NCBI GenBank assembly: GCA_964564675.1
Contig: CAZMBI010000010.1
Coordinates: 7-64,006, forward strand
Length of the DNA: 64,000 nt
Direction of reading: 5' to 3'
Source: an uncultured Azospirillaceae bacterium
Lineage (GTDB): Bacteria; Pseudomonadota; Alphaproteobacteria; Rickettsiales; UBA3002
In this document: positions 8,891-17,496 of the stretch, one piece after another
Layout of the letters: each line of letters opens with the position of its first letter
Numbering within the stretch: the first letter of the stretch is position 1
The notes under the pieces: generated by a model
Database searches by the model: none
What the model was told of the DNA's origin: nothing
The model's input: only the letters and a program-made list of their open reading frames with translations
Translations under genes and position numbers: made by a program

Positions 8891-10134
8891 GCGCACTGCC
8901 CTGGCAGGACCCGCTTGCCCTCGCCCGCCCGGTGGCCCGGCGCGGCGAACCGATGGTGTTGCTATATTCCGGCCTGCACACCCCCGATTCGGGGCGCTAT
9001 TCCTATCTGGCCACCAACCCGGAACAGATTGTTCAGGGTGCGATGTTTCAGCTGCCTGCCGCCCGGCCGGTGCTTGGCTGGCTGGGTTATGGGCTGCGCC
9101 ATACGCTGGAATCCTTGCCGCCTGATGCGCCCGGACCGCTCACGCTGCCCGATAGCTGGTGGATGCAGCCGCGATCGGTGCTGCGTTTTGACCATGAGCA
9201 GCAGCGCATCGACTGTGAGCATGGTGACCGGCCGGCTTTACCCACGGCGCGCCCTGCCCCGCTTGAGCCCGCCCCGGCAATCGCCGAACTGCACTCCAAT
9301 TTCAGTAAAGCCGCGTATTTACGTATGATCGAGCGCACGCTGGAGCAGATTCGCGCCGGGAATTTCTATCAGGCTAACATGACCCGCAAATTTTATGGCC
9401 GCTTCGCCGAGTCGCCCGATCCGTTCGCGCTGTTCGCCCGGCTGTGCGAACGTAGCCCGGCACCCTACAGCGCTTACATACAATACAAGGACACGGCGGT
9501 CATCTCCTCAAGCCCGGAACGGTTTATCCGGATGGATGCCTCCGGCCATGTGACGGCGCAGCCGATCAAGGGCTCGGCCCCGCGCGGCGCAACCCCTGCC
9601 GCGGATGACGCCCTGCGCGATGCACTGTATGAAAGCGCCAAGGACCGTGCGGAAAACCTGATGATCGTGGATCTGATGCGCAATGATCTGGCGCGCGCCT
9701 GCGAGCCCGGCTCGATCCGGGTGGATGAATTATACGGCATCCGCCGCTACGCCACGATACACCAGATGGTCTCCACCATCAGCGGCCGACGGCGCGCCGA
9801 TGCCGACACACTTAATGTGGTGCGCGCCTGCTTTCCACCGGGCTCCATGACCGGTGCACCGAAAATCCGCGCCATGCAGTGGTGCGCCGAGCAGGAGCGC
9901 ATGGCGCGCGGGGTCTATAGCGGGGCCATCGGCTGGTTTGACGCGCAGGGCGGATGCGATCTGTCGGTGGTGATTCGCACCCTCATCATTCAGGGCGATC
10001 GCTTTGAATTTCAGGTCGGCGGCGGCATCGTCGCCGATTCCGACCCGCATCAGGAATGGGAGGAGACACTGGTTAAAGCGCGTGCCATCGCCGACGCACT
10101 CAACCTGCCGATCGCGCGCTTACGCGCTTTATAG
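8887..10134 (+). CDS. pabB: Aminodeoxychorismate synthase component I
   Basis: PAPYSAY, SSSPERF, PIKGS, AENLMIVDLMRNDL, PPGSMTGAPK; folate context. Confidence 0.88.
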   Translation: MSALPWQDPLALARPVARRGEPMVLLYSGLHTPDSGRYSYLATNPEQIVQGAMFQLPAARPVLGWLGYGLRHTLESLPPDAPGPLTLPDSWWMQPRSVLRFDHEQQRIDCEHGDRPALPTARPAPLEPAPAIAELHSNFSKAAYLRMIERTLEQIRAGNFYQANMTRKFYGRFAESPDPFALFARLCERSPAPYSAYIQYKDTAVISSSPERFIRMDASGHVTAQPIKGSAPRGATPAADDALRDALYESAKDRAENLMIVDLMRNDLARACEPGSIRVDELYGIRRYATIHQMVSTISGRRRADADTLNVVRACFPPGSMTGAPKIRAMQWCAEQERMARGVYSGAIGWFDAQGGCDLSVVIRTLIIQGDRFEFQVGGGIVADSDPHQEWEETLVKARAIADALNLPIARLRAL

Positions 10135-10138
10135 CCCT

Positions 10139-10579
10139 TTAAGGTGAGGTTGTGGTATTTTCCCGCACCACCAGCACCGAGCGGTCCGAATGGCGCACCA
10201 CGCGCGCGGCGTTAGGGCCCAGCAGATAGTCTTTTAAATCAGGCCGGTGCGCGCCCATGATAATCAGGTCACAATTGATTTTTTGCGCGGTGTCGATAAT
10301 CACTTCATAAACCGTGCCCTGGGCCACGATATGCTGCACCCTGATGCCTTCGGGAATATGTTTCTGCGTAAACTGATGCAGGGCTTCCTTGGCGCCGGCG
10401 ATGATTTTATCATCGGCATTACTGGGGAAATACTGCGAAATGATGCTCATGCCGAAATCCGGCACGACAGTCATCACGTGTAATTGCGCGCCGAATTGCT
10501 TGGCATATTCAATCGCCACCGGCAGCGTCATCTGTTTTTTCTCATTCAGGTCAACCGGCAATAAAATATGGTGATACAT
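10139..10579 (-). CDS. Universal stress protein (TeaD/UspG-like, TRAP-associated)
   Basis: ILLPVD, DLIIMGAH, LLGPNAARVVRHS..SVLVVR. Confidence 0.92.
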   Translation of the reverse strand: MYHHILLPVDLNEKKQMTLPVAIEYAKQFGAQLHVMTVVPDFGMSIISQYFPSNADDKIIAGAKEALHQFTQKHIPEGIRVQHIVAQGTVYEVIIDTAQKINCDLIIMGAHRPDLKDYLLGPNAARVVRHSDRSVLVVRENTTTSP

Positions 10580-10587
10580 AACCCCTC

Positions 10588-13209
10588 CTACGTTCCGTTT
10601 AACACAAAGACGCGTTCCCGCATCCGCCGCCGCTGCATCAGAGCCACGATGGCCAGCAGGGCCAGCGACGGCAGATAAAGCAAGCGACGGCTGGGCTGTT
10701 CCTGACGGCGCATCACGGTGGTGATCTCGTCATCAAAGAACACGCCCTTGACATCCGCCTCGCTGGCAAAGACCACATCGTCCACAAATACGCGGTCGGT
10801 TTTCTTGCGCGGTTCGATGCGTAATACCAGCCCCATTTCCTCCAGCCGCTCCTCGCTGGTTTCGCCTTCTTTAACGGTCAGGCGCATATAGCGCGATTCC
10901 ATCTCGCCGAAGGCGTTCTCACCATACAGCCTGATACGAATCGCCTCACCGGGCGGGGTGTCCATCACTGCCTGTTCAATCGCCTTGCCCGGCATTTCCT
11001 GGAAGGGTGGAAAGAACTGGTCCCAGACGATGCGCGGCAGAAACAGGCTGACGGCAACCGCAAACAAAATGAGCGTTTCATACCAGCGGCTGCGGGTGAG
11101 AAAATAACCCTGCAACGCCGCCGAGAACACCAGAATCGCCACCGTGGCGTAGGCGAAGACAAACAACCCGTGACCAATCGTATCGACGCCGATCATCAAA
11201 AGCTCGGTGTTGAAAATGAAGAAAAATGGCAAAATAGCGGTACGCGTGCTATACACGAAGCCTTGCATACCGGTGCGAATGGGATCGCCCTTGGAAATCG
11301 CCGACGAGGCAAACGAGGCAAGCCCCACCGGCGGGGTCACGTCGGCCATGATGCCGAAATAAAAGACAAACAGATGAATGGCGATCGCCGGCACCAGCAA
11401 ACCGTGTTGTTGCCCTAGTTCCTCCACCACCATCACCATGATGCTTGAGACCACGATATAATTGGCGGTGGTAGGCAAGCCCATACCTAATATTAGGCTG
11501 ATGATGGCGGTAAAGATAAGCACCAGCACGAGCGAACCGCCGGACAGCGCCTCCACCACTTCCGTCATGATCTGGCCGATACCGGTCAGTGACACCGTTC
11601 CAACAATAATCCCGGCGGCAGCCGTGGCCACGCCGATGCCAATCATATTGCGCGCGCCGGCTATCAGCCCCTGCATCAGATCGATCACGCCGTTTTTACA
11701 GGCTTGCCTGAAGGCTTTTTCCTTGCGGAACAGACACAGCAGCGGCCGCTGCGTCAACAGGATGAAAATCATCGCCGCACACGCCCAAAACGCCGACAGG
11801 CCCGGCGACAGCCGTTCCACCATCAGGCTCCAGATCAAAATCACCACCGGCAGCAGGAAATGCAGCCCGGTTTTCACGGTCGAGCCGGTTTCGGGCATAC
11901 TAACCACTTCGGAGTCCGGATTATCCGGCTCCAGATCCGGGTAACGCGCGGCATAGCGCACCAGTAGGATATAAGCGGCAAGCAGCCCGCCGCCGATTAC
12001 ATAGGCTGCGCTTTCGCCCAGCGCCTCTTTCAGAAACCGAATGCCGTAAAACGCCAGCGAGGCGAAAATCACCAGGCTGGTGATGATGATACCCCAGGCC
12101 AGCAATTTATGTTTCAGCGTAGTGGTAATCGGTTTTTCCAGCACCTGCATATTGTTTTTCAGCGCCTCGAGATGCACGATATACAGCAGGGCGATATAGG
12201 AAATCACCGCAGGAAGGAAGGCGTGCTTGATGACATCCTGATAGGGAATGCCGACATATTCGACCATCAAAAACGCCGCCGCTCCCATCACCGGCGGCAT
12301 GATCTGACCGTTGATGGAGCCCGACACTTCCACCGCACCCGCTTTTTCCGGGCTGAAACCGACCCGCTTCATCAGCGGAATGGTGAAGGTGCCGGTGGTG
12401 ACCACATTGGCAATGGAGGAGCCGGAAATAAACCCGGTCAGACCGGAGGCCAGCACCGCCGCCTTCGCCGGGCCGCCGCGCAGGTGACCGAGCAGCGAAA
12501 ACGCCACTTTGATGAAATAATTCCCCGCCCCAGCCTTGTCGAGCAAGGCGCCGAACAGCACGAATAAAAAGACGAAACTGGCTGAGACTCCCAGCGCAAT
12601 ACCGAACACGCCCTCGGTTGACAGCCACTGATGCGAGGCGACTTTTTCCAGCGACTGCCCTTTGTGCTGAATCAGGCTTGGCATCCAGTCCGCCGAGCCG
12701 AAAAACGTATAAACCAGAAACACAATGCCGACGATCAGAAGCGGCAGGCCCAGAGAGCGGCGCGCGGCTTCCAGCAGCAGGACAATCCCCACGCAGGAGA
12801 CGATGATATCCGTCTGGGTGGGCATGCCGGGCCGGTCGGCCAGTTCGAGATAGAAGATGTATAAATACGCGGCGGTAAAGCTGGCCACCAGCGCTAGAAT
12901 CCAGTCCTGGATCGGAATATAATGCCGCGGCGAGCTGATAAAGGTCGGATAGGCCGTATACGCCAGAAACAGGGCAAACGCCAGATGAATGGAACGCGCC
13001 TCGGTATCGTTGAAAATCCAGAAGCCGAATTCAAACGGCAGCGGCGAGGCAATCCACAACTGAAACAGCGACCAAGCCAGCGCGGTCAGTGTCAAAACCA
13101 GCCCGGCGAGACCGCGCGGCTGCCGCGCCCCCGAATCTCGCTCGATTACCAGGTCCTGGATGTCTTTATCAACCTGGCCGTTTTGGCGGTCCGTCTTCTC
13201 ATCCGACAC
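10588..13209 (-). CDS. TRAP transporter fused 4TM/12TM permease (TAXI type)
   Basis: GGPAKAAV, SGSSIANVVTTGTFTIPLMK, GQIMPPVMGAAAF, GMGLPTTANY, ADVTPPV. Confidence 0.94.
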   Translation of the reverse strand: MSDEKTDRQNGQVDKDIQDLVIERDSGARQPRGLAGLVLTLTALAWSLFQLWIASPLPFEFGFWIFNDTEARSIHLAFALFLAYTAYPTFISSPRHYIPIQDWILALVASFTAAYLYIFYLELADRPGMPTQTDIIVSCVGIVLLLEAARRSLGLPLLIVGIVFLVYTFFGSADWMPSLIQHKGQSLEKVASHQWLSTEGVFGIALGVSASFVFLFVLFGALLDKAGAGNYFIKVAFSLLGHLRGGPAKAAVLASGLTGFISGSSIANVVTTGTFTIPLMKRVGFSPEKAGAVEVSGSINGQIMPPVMGAAAFLMVEYVGIPYQDVIKHAFLPAVISYIALLYIVHLEALKNNMQVLEKPITTTLKHKLLAWGIIITSLVIFASLAFYGIRFLKEALGESAAYVIGGGLLAAYILLVRYAARYPDLEPDNPDSEVVSMPETGSTVKTGLHFLLPVVILIWSLMVERLSPGLSAFWACAAMIFILLTQRPLLCLFRKEKAFRQACKNGVIDLMQGLIAGARNMIGIGVATAAAGIIVGTVSLTGIGQIMTEVVEALSGGSLVLVLIFTAIISLILGMGLPTTANYIVVSSIMVMVVEELGQQHGLLVPAIAIHLFVFYFGIMADVTPPVGLASFASSAISKGDPIRTGMQGFVYSTRTAILPFFFIFNTELLMIGVDTIGHGLFVFAYATVAILVFSAALQGYFLTRSRWYETLILFAVAVSLFLPRIVWDQFFPPFQEMPGKAIEQAVMDTPPGEAIRIRLYGENAFGEMESRYMRLTVKEGETSEERLEEMGLVLRIEPRKKTDRVFVDDVVFASEADVKGVFFDDEITTVMRRQEQPSRRLLYLPSLALLAIVALMQRRRMRERVFVLNGT

Positions 13210-13350
13210 GGTCTACCCATGCGTTGTTTGCAAAAATCGGAAAGCGAAGCTAGCAAGGTTTCGCGCCAGTGGCAACTGCTAATCCCTTGTGCAGCGCACA
13301 GTTTGTCAGGCTTCTCCGAACCTTATTCCGAACCTTATATTGATCATATT

Positions 13351-13615
13351 ATGACCATTCCTTCCTACACGCCGGATCAGGAAACCGCCGCCCGGCTCGA
13401 AGCGCTGGCCGAAGCTACGGGCAGGCCTGCTCATCAGCTGATTATTAGAGCGGTTGACAGTTCCTCATAAGTCAGGATGCTCATTTGGCTGAGAAAAAGA
13501 AGATATGGAGCGTTATGAACAGTTTCGGCAACTCAAAGACGGCGCCTACCACGCAGCTGTTGCCAAATGGCTGCATAGTATCGGCAGCGATGATGAACTG
13601 CCATGCCCCAAGTAA
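13351..13615 (+). pseudogene. Frameshifted ribbon-helix-helix antitoxin
   Basis: RLEALAEATGRPAHQLIIRAV / QFLISQDAHLAEKK / EDMERYEQF...AKWLHSIGSDDELPCPK* lie in three different frames; overlaps toxin start. Confidence 0.75.
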
Positions 13616-13908
13616 TCTGGACGCGTCCCGCCTTGGGCGATCTTGAGCGCCTGATTCATTTTTTGAAACATAAACACCCCTTTGCTGCCGGCCGCGCCGC
13701 CAGCGCTATTATTGACGCTGGCAATCACACGGCCCAGACACCACATATCGGGTGGCAGATGCACGATGATACGCACACGATGACACGCAGCGGCGGGAAT
13801 TATTGGTTCCGTTTGGGAAACATGCTATATTTACGCCGTGTCATCGATGAAGGCAACAATGTGGTGGTTTTACGCGTGTGGCACTCGCGTGAAAACCGCC
13901 GTGACTAA
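13603..13908 (+). pseudogene. ParE/RelE family toxin, internally scrambled by compensating indels
   Basis: VIWTRPALGDLERL..FL...P.AA.RA; VVVLRVWHSRE; conserved RELLVPFGK segment sits in a shifted frame. Confidence 0.75.
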
Positions 13909-13977
13909 TAGATAATACATACTGATTGATCTTTACCGTCCCCCTTTTTAAGCTGGTGACAAATTATCAGGCCCCGC

Positions 13978-15855
13978 ATGTTCAACATCAACACCAAACC
14001 TTCCTTGTATCGTGACTTCGCGCTGCTGTCGGCGTTGATTATCTTCATGCTGTTTCTGGTTTCCATCTGGGTATCGTATAAAACCTATCAGGAGCATAGT
14101 GCCGATATCCTCAAACAGCTTGAAAACGAGGCGGTTCGCATCGACCGCGCCTTAATCATCGAGATTGAGCGCGCCTCCTATTTGCTGGAATCCATCGCCC
14201 GTCAGATCAGCAGCGACGGCACCGATGACCGCCAGAGCATACGCCAGCTGTTCGATTCGTTTGATAAATCAAGCTATCCCCGTAACAGTGAGTTTTTCTG
14301 GATTGATGCGGAGCAAAATATCCAGATCAGTTCGCAGGAAGGCTTATTGGACAAGCCGGTGGACGTCTCCGACCGCGATTACATGAAGCGCGCCATCACC
14401 ACGCCGTGGGAGATTCATATCGGCCAGCCGATCGAAGGCCGGATCTCAGAAAAATGGGTGATGCCGATCGCCATCGGTATCAGCGATAATCAGGATAATT
14501 TTAAGGGCGTGGTGTTAGTCAGTATTGATATTAACTCATTCAGCCGCGCCATTCATAAAGTCATTCAACAGGACGGAATCAATTTCGCCATCACCAACTC
14601 AGCGTTCACCCTGCTGACCGAAATTTCGGAGAAACCACATTTTTTTGATAAACATTTCGAGTTACAAGAGCTCGCCAACATCAATTTTGAAGAGAACCCA
14701 AGCGGTGTATATTCCCGCGCCAGCTTTTGGGATAAAGATAACATCTTCGGCTATTATGAAAAATCCAGGCAATATCCGTATATTATTTTCGTCGGGTATG
14801 ATGCCAATGCCAGTCGCGCCATGGTACAAGACATTCTGCTGCCCCGCCTGGCGCAGATCGGCATTATCACGATCTTTCTGGTGTCAATTTTGTGGACGGT
14901 GCGCAAGCGAATTATCCAGCCGGTGATTGCCTTGACGGATCGCACCGCTGAGATTGTACGTGGCCGCTCCTTTGACTATGAAACCGATAAGGGACCGCTT
15001 GAAATCGAGATGCTGGCGGACGAAATCCGTCGGATTCATGACTATATCGACGAGCGGCGGCGGATCGAGCGCGAACTAACCGCCAAAAACATCGAACTGC
15101 TCAAGATTCGTGAATCCGCGGAAATGACCAACCAGATCAAAGCGCAGTTTTTCGAGCAGGTGGGCACCGCCCTGATGCAGCCAGCCACCGCCATCAGCGA
15201 ATATGCCGAGTCTTTTCATAACGAGCTGTTCGGCGCGCTGGGCAACCAGAAATATACCGATGTCGCCGAAAAACTGCATTGGCAGGCCGCCACCATCATT
15301 GACCTGCTGCAGGACGTGTTGAACATCTCGCGGGCGGAATCCGGTCTGCTCGTGCTGCAGGAAAATGAGCTGGAACTGCCGCTGGTTATCAAGAAGTGCA
15401 TCCGCCTCCTGCATGAGCGCAGCCGCTTCCAGTCCATCGAAGTGGTGCAGGATTACGATGAAAACCTGCCGCAATTATGGGGCGATGAGCTGCGCATCAA
15501 GCAATTGCTGCTCAACCTGATGAGCGGCGCGGCGGCGCAACTGAAAGCGGGCGATACCATCCGTATCCGCACCGTTATGCAGCGTGACGGCATGGCGATC
15601 CGGATGGAATACACCATTCCCGAGCATTATTATCACGAAGAAGCGCCGCCACCGGTGCTTGAAGCCAGTCCCAGCTTTTATATGGGCCAGTCGCCGGCCG
15701 AACGTTCGGAGCCTTCCGTCGGGCTGGGATTTGCGCTCAGCCAGCTGATCATCTCCATGCACGGCGGCGGCCTGACGGTTCATACCGGCAGCGACCGCAA
15801 GGTGCAGGCCACCGTGCTGTTCCCCCTGAACCGGGTGATCCGCAAAGCGTCGTAA
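13978..15855 (+). CDS. Membrane sensor (2 TM, Cache-like, HAMP-like) with degenerate PleC/DivJ-type histidine kinase core
   Basis: DVSDRDY Cache motif; ELFGALGNQKY; DELRIKQLLLNL; GLGFALSQLIISMHGG; no H-box His. Confidence 0.8.
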   Translation: MFNINTKPSLYRDFALLSALIIFMLFLVSIWVSYKTYQEHSADILKQLENEAVRIDRALIIEIERASYLLESIARQISSDGTDDRQSIRQLFDSFDKSSYPRNSEFFWIDAEQNIQISSQEGLLDKPVDVSDRDYMKRAITTPWEIHIGQPIEGRISEKWVMPIAIGISDNQDNFKGVVLVSIDINSFSRAIHKVIQQDGINFAITNSAFTLLTEISEKPHFFDKHFELQELANINFEENPSGVYSRASFWDKDNIFGYYEKSRQYPYIIFVGYDANASRAMVQDILLPRLAQIGIITIFLVSILWTVRKRIIQPVIALTDRTAEIVRGRSFDYETDKGPLEIEMLADEIRRIHDYIDERRRIERELTAKNIELLKIRESAEMTNQIKAQFFEQVGTALMQPATAISEYAESFHNELFGALGNQKYTDVAEKLHWQAATIIDLLQDVLNISRAESGLLVLQENELELPLVIKKCIRLLHERSRFQSIEVVQDYDENLPQLWGDELRIKQLLLNLMSGAAAQLKAGDTIRIRTVMQRDGMAIRMEYTIPEHYYHEEAPPPVLEASPSFYMGQSPAERSEPSVGLGFALSQLIISMHGGGLTVHTGSDRKVQATVLFPLNRVIRKAS

Positions 15856-15920
15856 TATCTTCTTTCATCCGGCGCCGTACGCATGCTATGCTGTATTGCA
15901 AAAAAAAAGGGAGCTGGTGC

Positions 15921-17492
15921 TTGGACAAGCTGCTGAAATTTATCAATACGCCGCAACAACACCCGGACATTAGCACGCCCGAGGCACGCAAACGGCATTT
16001 TGAAGAAATTTACGCCCCGTTTGACCCAAACCGCGCCGCCACGCAGGCGGGGCGGTGCTCCCAGTGCGGCATCCCCTTCTGCCAGATCCACTGCCCACTG
16101 CAGAATAATATCCCCGACTGGCTGATGCTAACCGCCGAAGGCCGCTTGCAGGAAGCATATACCATCGCCAGCGCAACCAACAATTTCCCGGAAATCTGCG
16201 GGCGCATCTGCCCGCAGGATAAGCTTTGCGAGGGTAATTGCGTCATCGAACACGGGTTTGAATCGGTCACCATCGGCCAGGTGGAAAAACACATCACCGA
16301 AACCGCGTTTGAACAAGGCTGGGTGCAGCCCATTCGTGTCGATCAGGAAAATAGCTTTTCCGTTGCTATCATCGGTGCCGGACCGGCCGGCATGGCCGCC
16401 GCCGAGGAGTTGCGCAAACTGGGTTATGCCGTACATATCTACGATCGCTATGACCGGGTCGGCGGGCTGATGATCTATGGGATTCCCAATTTCAAGCTTG
16501 ATAAACACGTGGTGGCCCGGCGCGAACAGCTAATGCGCAAAAGTGGCATTCAATTCCATCTGGAATGCGCCATCGGCGAGCATATCGCGCTGGCTGAGTT
16601 ACGCGCGCGCCACGATGCGGTGCTGATCGCCACCGGCGTATATCAGGCGCGGCCGCTAAGCGTGCCCAACGCGGCGCATGAGCAGATCATCCCCGCTCTC
16701 ACCTATCTCACTGCCAGCAACCGTAAAGGACTGGGCCTTTCCACTCCCCTTCCCGTTTATGGCGGAGGCCTGGGCTTGGGGCAGGAAACCGCCGCCCTCT
16801 CCTCCCGCCGGCAGACAGAGGAAAATGCCTGGGACCATCTGAACGCCCACGGTAAAAAAGTCGTGGTCATCGGCGGCGGCGACACGGCGATGGACTGTGT
16901 GCGCACCGCTGTGCGTCAGGGCGCTACCTCTATCACCTGCCTGTATCGCCGCGACCGCGCCAATATGCCCGGCAGCGCCCGCGAGGTAAGACATGCCGAA
17001 GAAGAAAGCGTGCGCTTTGAGTGGCTCTCCTCGCCCAAAGCCATTTCATGTGCTCCCCTGCCCGCTGGCAGTGGAGGGAAAGTAGCCGTCAAAGTCGAAA
17101 AAATGAAGCTCGGCTCCCCGGATGCTTCCGGCCGCCTCAAACCCATTCCGCTGCCCGACAGTGTCTACACGCTGGAAGCGGATATGGTCATCGCCGCGCT
17201 GGGGTTTGAGGCCGACGACTTGCCCGCCCTGTTTGGCGAACCCGACTTACAACGCAATAAATGGGGTAATCTCGCCATCGACGCCCACATGATGACTTCG
17301 CTGCCCGGCGTCTTCGCCGCTGGCGATATCGTCCGCGGCGCCTCGCTGGTGGTCTGGGCAATCAAAGATGGCCGGGAAGCCGCCGCAGCGATCGATCATT
17401 ATGTAATGTCATCCTGCGAAGCGCGAAGCGTGCGCGCAGGATCTCAAGCGGTGCCGTGCAGCGGTTTTGACGCGCGTCGCATGACGGAATAA
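15921..17492 (+). CDS. gltD: Glutamate synthase small subunit, with repeat-derived insertions
   Basis: RCSQCGIPFC..HCP, GRICPQD.LCEGNC, IIGAGPAG, GGGDTAMDC, AGDIVRGASLVVWAI; TTG start inferred after GGGAG. Confidence 0.96.
   Translation: MDKLLKFINTPQQHPDISTPEARKRHFEEIYAPFDPNRAATQAGRCSQCGIPFCQIHCPLQNNIPDWLMLTAEGRLQEAYTIASATNNFPEICGRICPQDKLCEGNCVIEHGFESVTIGQVEKHITETAFEQGWVQPIRVDQENSFSVAIIGAGPAGMAAAEELRKLGYAVHIYDRYDRVGGLMIYGIPNFKLDKHVVARREQLMRKSGIQFHLECAIGEHIALAELRARHDAVLIATGVYQARPLSVPNAAHEQIIPALTYLTASNRKGLGLSTPLPVYGGGLGLGQETAALSSRRQTEENAWDHLNAHGKKVVVIGGGDTAMDCVRTAVRQGATSITCLYRRDRANMPGSAREVRHAEEESVRFEWLSSPKAISCAPLPAGSGGKVAVKVEKMKLGSPDASGRLKPIPLPDSVYTLEADMVIAALGFEADDLPALFGEPDLQRNKWGNLAIDAHMMTSLPGVFAAGDIVRGASLVVWAIKDGREAAAAIDHYVMSSCEARSVRAGSQAVPCSGFDARRMTE
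16745..16822. repeat. Degenerate REP-like palindrome in frame within gltD
   Basis: CCCTTCCCGTTTATGGCGGAGGCCTGGG resembles the 19438 and 19510 hairpins; translated PLPVYGGGLGLG. Confidence 0.7.
17053..17078. repeat. Short degenerate REP-like hairpin within gltD
   Basis: CTCCCCTGCCCGCTGGCAGTGGAGGG (APLPAGSGG). Confidence 0.45.
17408..17487. repeat. GTCAT...ATGAC palindromic element forming the GltD C-terminus
   Basis: GTCATCCTGCG-AAGCGCGAAGCGTGCG-CGCAGGAT ... CGCATGAC. Confidence 0.7.
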
Positions 17493-17496
17493 ACCG

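Noticed and set aside
12922..13470. 182-aa ORF
   Set aside because: Mostly antisense to the TRAP gene; only the last 39 codons belong to the antitoxin remnant.
13978..15855. Calling the pseudokinase DivL or PleC
   Set aside because: DivL has Tyr at the H-box and cytoplasmic PAS domains, and PleC has an intact His; neither matches.
15899..15913. Poly-A tract as a phase-variation switch in gltD
   Set aside because: It lies upstream of the likely TTG start at 15921, so it would not shift the frame; no evidence of length variation.
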